A stretch of DNA of 64,000 bases, taken from assembly GCF_964204645.1 (NCBI RefSeq), contig NC_134032.1, positions 11,706,275-11,770,274 of the forward strand, written 5' to 3'. Both the position numbers and the translations under genes were made by a program. Source of the DNA: Tubulanus polymorphus (taxonomy: Eukaryota; Animalia; Nemertea). The notes under the pieces were generated by a model. It did no database searches. It was not told where the DNA came from and saw only the letters and a list, made by a program, of their open reading frames with translations. This document shows, one piece after another, positions 38,861 through 53,270 of the stretch; within the stretch, counting starts at the first letter, position 1; every line of letters starts with the position of its first letter.

Positions 38861-40479
38861 GTCAACAGTTTTATCAACATAACTTACTATTCATTCATAC
38901 AATAATCTTATCAGTTCAATTGTATTAGTAAGCTCTTATCTACATGTTATTTATAAGTCCGTAGGTAAGCCCCTACCTGAATCAAGGTTGAATTAACCGT
39001 AACTGCGTATTAGAATTTCAACAATTTCAACACGGCAAAACCATGTGGATTACCCGAGGGTTTTATAAGTGGTTGATACCATGCCCCCCCCCCCCCAAAA
39101 AAAAGATGGGCACATCAGGCTATGATTGCTCATCATGTGGTTAATTAATTCTGTTCAGATCTGACTTATGATTAACCCAATTTTATCCAAAAATACCGAG
39201 ATACTCTCAAAATCGGTATCATTTCTAGTTCATTTTCGACTAAACTACTACATGAATTTTGATGCCAAACGATTGCAGCTATAGATTATGGCAAAACATC
39301 GCAAAGACTCTGAATTTTTTGGTATGCTTATAGATTAAGGTAACTCGATTATCGTTGAGACTACTGATATCAGCAGATAGTTTTTGATCTGACTAGGTGG
39401 GGGGGGGGGGCTCGGGTAGGGGGTGTGGTCTGATACGCGACCCTGCAACAGTGAGTATAATAACAGCAGTGGAGAGACATGTATATTGGCGTTATTTTTT
39501 TGTGGCGTGATAACTTGATTCTATTGTAACTCAACGTCATGTGTGTGAGTGAGTATGTCTGAGCCGTTGTGAATATTTAAATCGGAAAAAAAAATCCTAC
39601 ATTATTGAAATTGTATAACGCTCTATGAAATTGAATGAGCGACGATGAAAATCTTTTTTGATTTTTCTGATCTTTACGCGTGGGGCGTATGACGGTGAGG
39701 ACTTCATTACACCGGTGACACAAATCGGCTTCGGCGTTTGCTGTCCGCGGGGATCTCTGTCGCACTTGGGCCTCATTAAAGTTTTCTCTGCTGCCTGGAT
39801 TTAAAATTTATCCCGAGGGATAACTCTTATTATACCCAGTTTATAAAACCCTGCTTCAAGTTAATTCATTCCTAGCAATAACTTCGATACTGAAGTATAT
39901 GGAATCAAGGCCTATGATTGGGGTTAGGTTAAACGAATTTATTCATATGGCCCTTTTCAAGATAGGCCCCTTATATTAAATCTTAAAATTTAACATCCAC
40001 AAAATTCATACAGAGTATTCAAAAACAAAAATAATAAACCAAGATTCATTGTGTAAAAAAAAATTCCAGACTCCTCGAATTGTCGGCTGGTAACCACTTA
40101 TAGCTTCTCGACGTCACCCGTTCCCATGACGATCGACGGCGTTTATTTCATAACGACTGCCATTGTTGAACGACATTTAAAATTCGTATTCGGCGTCGTC
40201 GTCACGCGCAAACAAAACCTATACCGGATGTTTTACGGAAGATTTCGAGAGCTCTTCAAAAAGCTACTCGATCAATTTAATGCACCCGCGACCCCCGCGG
40301 GGTCTCCACTCAATTCGTTAGATATCTCTTTAAGCGGATTCGAGTAGATTTTTTTTTATTCAAACGATGCTGAATGATGATTTCAGAGCTGGTAGGAATA
40401 GGTTCGACGATCTGTATTCAAGTCTGAACTACACGACGGAGATTCGTGTTCTCGGGTAAATCGTCGTTCCAGTCATCGG

Positions 40480-40920
40480 AACCCACACAACTTACTGCGG
40501 AACTGAATTCAGAGTCGAGAGTCAAACCCACACAACTGTGGAACCGGGTTCTCAGTCAAATTGAACCCACACAACTGTGGAACCGGGTTCTCAGTCAAAT
40601 TGAACCCACACAACTGTGGAACCGGGTTCTCAGTCAAATTAAACCCACACAGCTATGGAACTGACTCGTGGCCAAACTACACAACCAACCGTGGAACTAG
40701 GGGCCAAATTAAACCCACACAAGCGTGGAACTGGGCACAGAGTGAAATCAGTCATACACGAACTATGAAGCTGGGTCCAAAGTTGAGAAATAACTGTGGA
40801 ACCTGGTTCAGAGTTGAATTAAACTGACCCAACCGTGGAACTGGATTCAGAGTAGAATTAAACCCACACAACTGGAACTGGGTCCAGAATCAAATAAAAC
40901 CTGCATGACTGTGGAACTAT
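40480..40920. repeat. 39-bp minisatellite
   Basis: aacccacacaactgtggaaccgggttctcagtcaaatt occurs three times exactly, plus degenerate flanking units. Confidence 0.9.
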
Positions 40921-41343
40921 GTTCAGTGGCATTATACTTCTTTCATGGCAAACTCAAATTGAGTAATTGAGGGAAAATAAGGGGTTAAACCTTCAACAGG
41001 CATAATGTTGTAATTGATTATGAATCGTTTGGTAGTAAACATATTTTCGATATTTTCTAGACCCGTCTCTCTCTCTGACGTGTTCCATTCCCGTTCGTGG
41101 AAATGTAATCTTTCGTAGCAGTATTAGATCGAGATGAAAGGCTCCCCGCGCGCGCTCACTCTCTCTATATCCCGAGGGACGCCATTAAAAGGAAATTATT
41201 CTTCTCGAAAATCCATTCCGTCGCTTGCCCCGCGCCTGTGTCACGTACAGACGTTTCGCGCGTCGACCTTCGGGGGGGTCCGTTTCTCCGCGTTCTGACC
41301 TTGAGGGTATCCATTACGAGGAATTGATCTGTTCAATCTGCGA

Positions 41344-41453
<110 letters not shown>

Positions 41454-42244
41454 TGCGTGCTGGTCTTTGATTGAAACCAATATACATGTACTCATCAAAC
41501 ATTCTGATGCACTTATACACCAAGACCGATGGTATAAGCTATTGGCGGCTTCGAGGGTCCAGCTTCCTCTCCCTCTCTCACCATTTCCCTCTTGTCTCAT
41601 CATCTCTATTTCTCGAATGTAGGGGTGTAAATCCCCCAACCCCCCAAATTGTGCTTGTGGGAATTTTATTGCGGGGATTTTTACCTCGTGAGATTTTTAC
41701 CATGGGGGGGATTTTACCTTCTCTCTCCTCTTCTCTCATGTCCTTTTCTCTTCTCACCCTCCCTCTGGTATCTCTCTTCTTCTCCTCTTCTTTTGTTTCC
41801 CTCTCTGCCTTACCCTTTCTCCATTCTCCGCCGCGCCCCTCTTACCCTCTCTATTTCACCCTCTGCCTCTATGGGCCTATATCTCTTTTCTTTACCCTGC
41901 TCTCTCCCTTCCTTCCCTTTACTCCATTACCTCCCTTCCACTCCGCGCGTATCTAATCTTCAAACCTCATGTATCTATAATCTTGCTTATTAATCTATAT
42001 TAGTGGATGTCTTACATAATCATTGACCAGTAGTGATCAGGATGGTTTAGTGCTGTAGATGTATCTATCTGTGTATAAATGATGTAATCTGTGCGTCAGT
42101 AACAGGATGACAAGTTGTATATAGTAATCATAATAACTCACAGTGTATCTCATCTCTTACCATCAGTTCATATACAATATCTGTCTGTTCATCTATATCA
42201 ATAACAAGGTATATTACCTATCTATAGATAGTATGTGAGGCATA

Positions 42245-42750
42245 GTATAGCGGTCCAGTGGTTTTGGAAAGATCACTGGACTGTCATCGATGCAAGGTTC
42301 ATGCGTTTGAATCCTGGTGGTTTTAGCAGTCAAGCAGTCATTCAGTCTTTCACTGGTCTCCCTTCACAGGATTCATGTGTTTGAGTCCTGGCAATAGCAG
42401 TCAGTCAGTCTTTCACTGGTCTCTCATCAATCCATCGGGTTCAAATCCTTTGTTTGAATCCTGGTGATAGCAATCAGTCAGTCTTTCACTGGTCTCTCGT
42501 CAATCCATAGGGTTCAAATCCTTTGTTTGAATCCTGGTGGTTGCAGTCAGTTAGTCTTTCACTTGTCTCTCATCAATTCAGGGTTCATGTGTTTGGATCC
42601 TGGTTGTGATGGTCTTTCACTGGTCTCTCATCAATCCATAGGGATCAAATCCTGTGTTTGAGTCCTGGCGATAGCAGTCAGTCAGTCTTTCACTGGTCTC
42701 TCATCAATCCATAGGGTTCAAATCCTGTGTTTGAATCCTGGTGGTAGCAG
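42245..42750 (+). repeat. tRNA-SINE-like head followed by a ~55-70-bp tandem array
   Basis: A-box-like tagcggtccagtgg, then about six units of cagtctttcactggtctctcatcaatccatagggttcaaatcctgtgtttgaatcctgg. Confidence 0.7.
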
Positions 42751-43235
42751 TGTTTTTGTTTTCACTCAGATCTGCGGAACTTGATAGGTCAGAATTTCTT
42801 TTCTTTTTCCTTTTGCCATGTAATATAGTCTCCGTTCTCAGGGTTTAGCGTTAACAGCATTGTAAGAATATTACCTTGTCGACTGATAAACCCTGATAAG
42901 ATTATCGTAAGACCTCGCAGCTTGACGGGATAAGTTTTACCTCTTTCAGCTGGTGAGTTCACTCGAAGATTTCTGGCTAATATTACTCTCGCGCGCCTCG
43001 AAGCAACTCTCCACCATCAGATGCTACCAGTAAAACGGATTATCCCCGGAATATAATTAGCCCCTTATTATCGGCGTTGGAGATAATCCGGGCTTAACAT
43101 AATCCGTCAGAATGTAACAGAACGTTTGAAGGCGGCCAATACGTACAATGATGCTGGTTGATAAGGTTAAATACCACAATACGAAAAGAAAGACAATTTC
43201 GAAAAAATGTTTCCTCGAGCAATTAGTTTGTCTTC

Positions 43236-43331
43236 ACATTTCGACTACTTTAACTAATATTCATCTTCAGGAATACTATTCTGAAGTACAGTATTCCTGA
43301 AGATGACTATTAGTTAATGTAGTCGGAACGT
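43236..43331. mobile_element. Inverted pair of degenerate minimal hammerhead-like cores (Penelope-like LTR remnant)
   Basis: 42-bp inverted arms with 4 mismatches; each strand reads CTGAAGA-T-stem-G(A/G)AA-(C/T)GT. Confidence 0.55.
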
Positions 43332-43579
43332 CAAAACTCTAGCACAATAAAACCTTTTACCTATTCGGTGCTAACTAATTGATACATGAAAGTGCTGGAG
43401 ATAATTTGGAAGTGTTTAAAAACTCCTTGCTAGTGTGTTGAATAACAGGCATGCTGCTTAGGGTTAAGGATTCGTCTTTCTTTTCTAATCATGGGATTTA
43501 TCCTGTTCCTCCTCGGGTATTATCATTTCAACATGGACGGAATGTGTCCTCAAGATGAAGTCGGCGAAATTTGAAAGAA

Positions 43580-43820
43580 ACTTCAGAGTAAACTTCAAAC
43601 TCACGACTGAAGGAACTGGATTCAGAGTTAACTCAAGACTGGATTCAGGAACTGGATTCAGAGTTAACTCTAACCTCACGACTGAAAGGACTGGACTCAG
43701 AGTTAACTCAACTCAAGACTGGATTCAGGAACTGGATTCTCTTAACTTCTCTAAACTTACAACTGAAGTAACTGAGTTCAGAGTTAACTCTAAACTTGCG
43801 ACTGAAGGATCTGAGTTCCA
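43580..43820. repeat. Degenerate tandem repeat (ggaactggattcagagttaactc)
   Basis: The motif recurs several times; related to MITE-like copies at ~9110-9275, ~21430-21540 and ~60495-60578. Confidence 0.7.
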
Positions 43821-45490
43821 GGATGAAGTCATAACGCAGGGTTGTGTCGTCACTCCATTAGTGAAAGTCTGCTCAGGAACTCGTATCGACAATTGACATG
43901 ACAGAAAATCGTTTTTCGTTCCAACGACCTTTGTTGTCGTTGTCGTTTTTTGTCCTGCACGTTTTTTTTCCCAGTCGTTGAAAAATCGCCTGATTTTATA
44001 ATCGTTCGATTGTCACCGTCGCAGCTGACGAACGCCCGATGGTTGCCACCGGCGATGACGGCTATTGTTACGTGTCTAGTCCAATGTGTGTATATATGTG
44101 TATATTAGGTAAATAGGGAAATATGGAGTTATTGTTTTATTGAACTGACGGCGATATATAGATTACAGCTGCTGGTGGGTAATGATGGGTTAAAAAGGTC
44201 ATGGTTCCAGGTTCTATGTAATATTCAGGATTTTCAGGTATTAGGCATCACACGAGCGTTTTTGGCTCGTGCCAAATTACGCATGGAACAACCGTTCATA
44301 CGGGTGCCAATGGGCACCGAATAGACCCGTGCTTGTTTGGCCCCGGTCAAATTTGGTCCAAGCAAAAACGTAAAATATTCAAATGATCGCGTGTGGGTTA
44401 CAACTGGTCCTTCCTTTTTTTTAGCATTTTTTAGTATCGAGTGAGTGGTTTGAATGTGAATGCGCTCTCTAATTAGGCATGGGCCATATTCGACCCAGAC
44501 CTGATCTGGCCCAAAATTGGCCCTGGACGTATCATCTGTGTGCTGGATCGCGGCTTAGACGCCAGCTAGGTAAAGTTATCAAATCCTGATTTTCACCTCT
44601 GATTTTCCTCGGTTCTTAGTCGGTTTCAAACTTATCATCTATTCTCCACGTTTTATCGGCTATTCTACTAAACTGTCTGGATTCTGTATTCAGCCGAGCT
44701 GAGCTCTCTCTTATCTCCGGTCCGGTTTATCAGTTACTTATCATCGATGAGTACGGTCGAGTGAACCGATGTAGAGGATGAATGTATCATCCGACTGTAA
44801 TCTCCCATCAGTCGGTTACAACAGTTCCTTAATTACTACACTGTCTATAGATAATCTCTGAGATTCAGTAAGGAGGGTCGGTCGGTCGAGACGAAAGGCT
44901 CGTTTATTTCAGTGAGGTTGCGGTCAGGGTCCGAGTCCAGTTTTACAACGAGGATTAACTCTTCAGTTAATTCACAGTTTATTCTAAATCGATTTCAGGA
45001 GTTAATCCTTTTTGCAGAAGTGCACCTACTGCCTTGAAGGGCCTGTTTTATTTAGTTTATTTAAGGTCGCGGACCGGCTAGCCATGCTGTGCCAAGAATA
45101 GTTGTAATATTTTACACAATAAGGCACTTAAACAGACCTACACTTACTATATAGAGGACTACTGTAAATGTGTAGACAGAATCGAATTCCTCTTAATTTC
45201 TATTCAAACAAGTCTCATTCGTTACTTCCAGAAATAGTGTTCAGAATACTCTATGAATCACTGAGTCATTATTTTCGTTACACCAAATTCTAATATACGT
45301 TGATCATATCGTGGGCCACTTGCAGCTCCACGGTTCCGGGTTCTCATATAGTCCGGGGAACGGGGTGTTAGATCCTGTATTAACGTTGAAAGATTTAGGA
45401 GTAATTGCTATCTGTGACATTGTTCATGGAGGATCCTCTATGTTTTTTCCATTGGTCATTATTTCCTTTCAGTCACTTGTTCCTCTTTGC

Positions 45491-45930
<440 letters not shown>

Positions 45931-46979
45931 TGTAACCCGATCTCCTCTTCCATCTCGTCTTCTACATCTCCATATCTCTTAACCTGTGCTTATACTCTTT
46001 CATCTCTTCCTCGCCAATTTTCCTCTTTCCTCGCCTTTTCCCTCTCTTCCTGCCTTTGTCTCCTTCCACTCCCCATCTCTCCTTCCATCCCTTATTTCTT
46101 CTCCCTCCCTTCCTCTTCTCTCTCTCCTGCCTCTTTCTCCTCTCCTCTTTCTCATCAATGCCTCACTGACTGACACTGGTAAAGCAGATTTTGCGACATA
46201 TAAACAAACAGTTCGTCCTCGTTTCACGTTAGCGCGCGGGTACGCACACACCCGCGTCACACACCCGCCTCAGTCTATCGAGAGTTTTTCCTTCAGTTGC
46301 CGCCGCTGTCACCGCTGTTGCGTTCATTCATTTGGAAAATTGTGGTAACCATGGTAACGATAAATCTTATCATTTTTATCGAGGATAAAAATGACGATTG
46401 AGCCTCGAGAACGCGTATAGAGCAGCGCGGTACTGTAACATCAACATCAGCTGCAGTGGAGAGCTGCATGTGTGCCTGTGCTAGTGACATAGTCGTTGCT
46501 TTATTGAAGCACTGTGTGTTTGAATTAATCAACCAATGCGTTATAGTGATTGTTATAGACAGGGGCTGGTGAGGGGGGCTGGTGAGGGGGGGATTGTATA
46601 GAAGAGAGAGGGAGAGTATTGATCGGTTGTGGGGTTAGGTATTGATGGAGAAAGAGAATGAGAGGAAAAAGTGAGACTCGTTCAATTTGCGCTCAAATAT
46701 AATTTTGATTTGCGTTGTGGATCGTCTCTCTCCGTGGGAAGGGACGTCATATTTCATCATTACGCCGATCGTCGTTCCGTCTTATCCCGTCTATCTCTAT
46801 CTCTATGGCCATGATGATGATGATGATGCTGATGATGATGTCACAGAAAACCCCGTTATCCGTGGACCGAATGATCTTGTCTATCATTTCGTCGTCGTCA
46901 TGGATACGTCTCGTATATAGCATTAACAATTGTCATCTACGTATGTTAGAAATATTTCGAAATCATATCGAGTAGCAGT

Positions 46980-47273
46980 TTTTTATAAATTCAATTCGCT
47001 ATTTTTTTCGAAAATTTAGAATTGATAATGTTTGTTATGCGTAATTGATTCTTCGCATTTAATTCATAAAAAATCTCGAAATCATGGCATCTTCAGTTAG
47101 GGGTTATTTCCGTTTCAATTACCCCATTTTTATAAATTCAATTCACTATTTTCGAAAAAATTTAGAATTAATAATGTTTGTTATGCGTAACTGATTCTTT
47201 GCATTTAATTCATAAAAAATCTCGAAATCATGGCATCTTCGGTTAGGGGTTATTTCCGTTTCAATTACCCCAT
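46980..47273. repeat. Tandem duplication, 2 x ~146 bp
   Basis: tttataaattcaattc...ccgtttcaattaccccatt occurs twice. Confidence 0.92.
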
Positions 47274-47879
47274 TCTATCGAAACATTGGAATTGTGAATG
47301 CGATATCGGATGCGGAATTGCTGTGAACAAATAAAATCACTTTGACCTGAAAATTGTAATTAGCTGAATCGTTTGATGCATATATTATTGATGATTGAGG
47401 TAACTGGTTCACTGGTGTACTTTATAACTCAGAATTCTATTGTAAGCAGACATTTTAATTAACATAATGAACGTATATGCGTATAGATGTATACATGTGG
47501 AAGTTATGCTAATTGCGAATAGTTGAGTTGTTTAATTAGCTATTTGTTAATGAATGAACAGTACTGTGCAGGGAGAGAGAGAGAGGGAGAGAGTACTGTT
47601 TGTTGGCTATCGCCAATGTTCCCGTGAACCTCCTTCTTGCCTGACATGCCCAAACTGAGTAGCCGTATCTTAACCATTTCGATACTGACAGGGTGCAGCA
47701 GTCCGGGACTTAACAATAATCTTAAAAGGTAGACAGTAAGAAAATAAAGTTGTACAATGGATAGACCCATAGCCAAGACAGATGGACAGGCAACGATTGT
47801 AGATGACATCAATGGACAGACCCACAGCCTAGAGTATCGTTTGTTCCAAGGTGGCAGCCTTTTCAACTGTAGAAAAGGT

Positions 47880-48198
47880 ATTAGGTTCTAGAGTGTGTGG
47901 GGTTAGGTTTTATAGGGTCAGGGGCTAGGGGGTAAAGTTAAATGTACCAAAAGGTTAAGATCTAAAAGGGTAGGGTTAGGTTTTATAGGGTCAGGGGCCA
48001 GAGGGTTATGGTATAGGCCTATAAAAGGTCAAGAGGGTTAAGGTCTAGAGGGTTAGGAGTGTTGGATAGGTTTAGGGTTAGGTTATAGCACTCCGGTGCT
48101 TGCGTATTCATAATCCAAAGGGTTAGGGTTAGGTTGAGTGTTGGATAGGTTTAGGGTTAGGTTATAGCACTCCGGTGCTTGCGTATTCATAATCCAAA
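47880..48198. repeat. Degenerate GGTTAG/TTAGGG-rich tract ending in a 79-bp-period duplication
   Basis: gagtgttggatagg...cataatccaaa at 48057 and 48136, with scattered tagggttagg. Confidence 0.8.
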
Positions 48199-49231
48199 TT
48201 TTCATGATTATGACTGTAGAATTTGTTCTAAGTACATAACAGCGTATTCGTCTTTGAACTGACTGATGATGACCTACGGCCAGGGCAGACGCACAGACAG
48301 CCAAGGTATACGGACAACCTGAACAGCCTTAATGAACAGCTTAAATCTACTCATACCGTTGCCACATCAAACCCGAGTTAGAGAACTAACAATCTATAGC
48401 TGTTAACGAGTCCTGATTTTAATCAGTTGTTCATTTAGAATTCTCAGTAATTGACTTGACGTCACTGCCACACTCGTTCGGCGTCTGCTCCGCCATCATG
48501 CAATTATTATACAATTATTATTTGCGGAAGGTAAAGACATCCCTGAGAGAATAGCTATATCTCACGATATCGCGTGAAACACGACCACACAGTTTTCGAT
48601 CATCGATATAAAACCGAAATGAATTCATATTCGGAACTCGATGGTAGAATAACCACATTCAGACGTGGAGAACAACGGATAATAAAATAAGAACCCACTA
48701 TGTGTAGAATTCAAAAGATCAAAATCGAATTTTAAATATGAAGACTTTAAATCAAAATAGATGTTTTCGAATCGCCGTGTATTTTAATGTTAATGTGGGT
48801 TTTTAAAGGTATTATCTTAACTTGCTGTTGGCCGCGGTTGGTTCTATGGGCTAGGGTTGTTAGTGGGTGGACAGTTACGAGTATTGGCTTATCGCTTATC
48901 GTCATCAATGTTTCAATAATGTCATCTAATAAACAAGACTTGAATTCATGAATTCATGAATTCATGAATTTCTGCCCACACACACCCAATCATTATCAGG
49001 TCATTAACGCTATATTTGGTGGTGTTTTATTAGTTCATACGGATTGTGATTAGTGGAATAGTGAAGTGTGATGTAGTTGTTTTCAGGTTTTATTTGAAGA
49101 GGGGAGGGGGGTTAATTGTGACGTTGATACCGGTAGACGTCACCATCCTTGGATAAAATCTGTGATGAAATCAAAATTTGGGCGTAGGTCGGCCTTGTGA
49201 CTCGCGACCGTCAAAAGTTGGGCGTAGGTCA

Positions 49232-49680
49232 GTTGCGACTGTGAGTGATGCTCATTCGTTCCTTCACTCATTCATTCCTTCATTCCTTTGTTCATTCCTT
49301 AATTCACTTGTTCATTCCTTAATTCATTCCCTCATTCATTCATTTATTCATTCATTGTTCATTCATTTCCTCATTCATTCAATCATTCACTTGTTTATTC
49401 ATTCCTTCATTAATTCCTTCATTCACTTGTTCATTCATTCCTTCATTAATTCCTTCATTCACTTGTTCATTCATTCTCTCATTCATTTAATAATTCACTT
49501 CGTTTATGCATTCCTTCATTCATTCCCTCATTCGATCATTCATTCATTCATTCATTCATTCATTCATTCCCTCATTCGATCATTCATTCATTCCTTCATT
49601 CGTTCCCTCATTCGATCATTCATTCATTCATTCATTCCATTCAATCCCTCATGTTTTTCCCATCTATTTCATTCATCGAT
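49232..49680. repeat. Degenerate (TTCA)n microsatellite
   Basis: Seen directly. Confidence 0.95.
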
Positions 49681-50111
49681 TTTTTTTCTACCGAACTTCG
49701 AAAATATTTTTAGCAATTACGATGACGATGAAGAGAAATGTGTTTATTTTTAGTCAATGGTTTCTGCGTTCACCGTGTGTAAAACCTCGAGGGCGATAAA
49801 CATGTTAAACATGGATTTCGCCGCCAAGTTTTCCCCTCACCCACTCATCCATTCATAAGGTATAATCGTTACAGAGAGTAGTACTGTAACCGTTTCAGAA
49901 AAAAAATATCAGCAGATAAAATTGCTGCTTCTTTTATCGTACACTAACCGTAACTTAGACCTGAAGAGTTTTTTTTTCCTTTTTTAACTAAAATGGGATT
50001 TATATATTGTTTGGGTGGATCTAGGGAGTGGATTGGGTATGGCCACTGCCCTAAAAAATTTGTAATTCATTGAATTTTCATTCATAATCTTAATTGATAG
50101 TGGTAATTGAC

Positions 50112-50288
50112 ATTTATATAGCGCAGGTGTCCTGACCAGAGTCAGCTCAGATGCGCTCCAAATTTGGTATTATTACCCCAGCCTATAACTCTAACCATGT
50201 ATCACTGATATGTCCCTTGGGAGAAGTAACATCTGAGCAGCTATTAGGCATTTAGGAGTCATCTATCAGACCAGGTACCCATTTTCTC
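50112..50288 (-). mobile_element. SINE fragment, Nin/Deu-domain-like body and tail
   Basis: Minus strand reads aaaatgggtacctg...agctgc...ttctcccaaggga...agcgcatctgag...gcgctatataaat. This resembles Nin-DC SINE consensus as recalled from memory, not from a search. Confidence 0.5.
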
Positions 50289-50291
50289 CAG

Positions 50292-50581
50292 GGCCCAGTT
50301 TCACGAAAAAGTTCAAGCCTAAAACGGTTTAGTTTGAATTATTGTCCTCATTTAAAACATATAATAACCGATAGCAATTACACCAAAAAATTGAGTTCAA
50401 CTTTTTTGTGAAACTGAACCCAGGGCCCTGTTTCATAGACTGAGTATCAAAGTTATCCCTAGGGATAAATCCTCAATCTGGGTGACAACCACCATGGTAT
50501 CAATGAGAAACTATGGATATTACTGACGAATTTCAAAATGTTTCCAGGGACATTTCTCCTCCATATCTATGAAACCCAGCC
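50292..50581. mobile_element. Two adjacent Harbinger-like MITEs
   Basis: CAG|ggcccagtttcac...gtgaaactgaacc|CAG|ggccctgtttcatag...ctatgaaacccagcc. A relative lies at ~61609-61716. Confidence 0.7.
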
Positions 50582-53041
50582 CACGGTGGTAATTCTATAG
50601 ATTATGATGAATAAAAACTGCGAAATTGCTTCTCTCTAAAATCTACTGTATTCACATTTTTACATATTAGCCACGTCCTAAGAAAGATCCTGGTTCGACC
50701 TTCGTATCATTTATAGTAAAACCATGATTAAACCATCTCTTAGAGTCCATGGTAAAACTCGCTTAGAATAGTGAGAACCATCATTTATGTTGATGACTTA
50801 TCCAAATGATGACTTAGTAAGTTGCATCAGTGATAGAAATTGGTACTGAAAATAGTGACGAATTTATGTGACGACTTAACTGAGTTTGACTGTACAGGTG
50901 TAAATGAATTAGATAGAAAATTGATTGATTCCAATATCTCATTTGTTTCATCAGCCATGATATATTTTATTTTATAAAATAGCCATTATATGTTTTATAT
51001 ATATCACCATATATAGTTAAATATAGTACTGTTTTAAAAGACCTATAAAGCCTGAATGTTACACACATGTTGGTTTAAAGTCGAAATGATGGAAACATAA
51101 CCAAGAAAACAAACTCAGCATATCAGCAGTTTTCAGGGCAAAACAATATATCGATATACTCAGTTTAACAGACCTACCCGATTTCTCACCTTTGTTTAAG
51201 ACCCGGCTGTCTGAGGTGTCGATTTTATAATATAACAAATACTAGATCTAAAACAAACGCTACAATCAGCTGGTGTTTAAAAAACCTTTTAGTTCCATTC
51301 CCGTTGCACCTGTATCGGTAAGTGAGGGTGGGAGCGAGAGGGGGAGTGATGAACGTTCGTTCCTGCTGTCTGATTATTTCAACTTGTTAGTTCACAGTTT
51401 GCAGGTGTTTGTGTTCGAAGCACTTGAAACGAGAAGTTCATTCTGAAGTTGGATACCTTCATGTCTGCGATACGCGTCGATACTGTGAGATCGTCTTTCA
51501 CGCAGTAACATCAATCATTTGAATTGATTCAGGAGTTTAATGAACTAATTAGGCTTTTGGTTAAAAGTATGATACCCCCATTTTTGCCCTGTTTCTTAAC
51601 TACGCTTAACAATGTAACATTTCTTTGCAAATATAGCGATTAAAACAGTATTTTTGTAGTGTACTCTTTAGTAAGCTTTTCGTGAAGAAATAAACTGGTA
51701 TAGGCTGATCGAGAATTTTGATCTAAAGTGGAATTTTACTCGGCAATCGTAGAACTTAGTTAGGGCGACTCTGAATTATAGCATTTGTAATGTCAATCCA
51801 TCTATTTGACTCTGTGATCCAGGTACAAGTTTTTCAGGTTTTACACTTTCCAACACTCAGAAACTGGTTCCTGACTTCAGGCGACAAATTCGACCTTATG
51901 CGAGGATCCCCAAATTTTGTGGCTTGGGTATGACTGCGTATTAGTCTTTCAGGACTGAACGTCCCCAAGATCTAATTGTTTTGAGTTGGATATGTAAACT
52001 TAGTTCAAATTGTGGATCTTGGTCCAGAGTCTAATTAAGACAGGCCTATTTTAACGCACAGAAGGAACTGGATCTTGAAACATTTATTCGTTAAGTTGGA
52101 TCTTGGCGCTAGCCAGTAATGGACCTCGTTAGGCCCCCAAATTTTTACAAATACCAAGTATCGGCCCATAATTGTAGAACTGGATCTTGGAAAACATTGC
52201 CTGCTGAAATTGGACCACGCTCCACGGTGCTGTGAGTTAAACTAAACTGTGAATTTAGAATTATCTTAATCGTTCAGAACTGTAGAGCCGGGTTCGTGGT
52301 TTCCGGATTGAGCCAGTCGCCCGAGGACTGTTTGCATGTTTTCCCCTAGGATTATTTTCATGTCTGATATTATGCAGCTATAAACGTGTATTAATCCCTG
52401 AACTCAGAGCTGCGGAAATAAAACAGATTCCTCTCCCGATGTTATATTATGATATCAATTTATCAGACATATTTCTACCACCTATGAAAACATCGCTTAC
52501 GTGCATCAAATACTGAGAGGTGCTGTGTGAGGGGGAGAGTTACTGCGTGAGGGGGAGGGGAGTTGCGGTGAGGGGATAAACTGTGAAATCAGTCCAACAG
52601 TGCAAAGATTATACCAAAATTAAGCTTAAATTTTCTTAATTTTTTGCGGGATTGAACCACGATATGTTGTACACTTAACAATGAATAAAGCCCCTTTAAA
52701 ATTCTAGCATATGAAGAACACTGAATGGTTGTTAGAATGCCCTCAGAGCTGTGTGCCCTAAAGATCCGTTTCTTGGTTCAGTTTTATAGACAAGGGGCCA
52801 GCTCCATAGTCATGGCTTTGACTGAAAACCAGTCGAAGATTATCTTAGTTCCGGAGCCAACCTTACAACTTAAAGACTATTCTTCAGATTTACGACCACT
52901 TAAGTCTCCAATATGAAACTGACCTTCTGCTGGGTCCAGCTCCGGTCTTTGGCTGGACTTGAGACTTGTAACAGCTAGAACCAGGTATTTCAACCAGGTT
53001 TTTCATTCATAACCTGGTGGTTAAGGCAATCGTTAATCAAT

Positions 53042-53270
53042 GGGGCCCAGGTTTTAAAAACTATTTCTAACTTTACCCCGGGGGTTGACACTCAATTCAT
53101 CTTTATTTGTGTTAACGCACATGTTAAAGTCGATACCAGTCTATAAAACCAGGCCCGGGGTTACAGCTTAATAAACTGGTATTAACTCAAACAACACTCA
53201 ATTCATCTCTATTTGAGTTAACCCACAGGCTTAAGTCGATACCAGTTTATAAAACCAGGCCCGGGGTTAC
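53042..53270. repeat. Harbinger-like MITE with a ~105-bp tandem duplication of its right part
   Basis: acactcaattcatct...tataaaaccaggcccggggttacag occurs twice. Confidence 0.75.

Noticed and set aside
47880-48165. Interstitial telomere
   Set aside because: Only scattered, degenerate TTAGGG units; more like a repeat-associated GGTTAG tract.
49178-49799. HSFI-rich ORFs
   Set aside because: Translation of the (TTCA)n tract.
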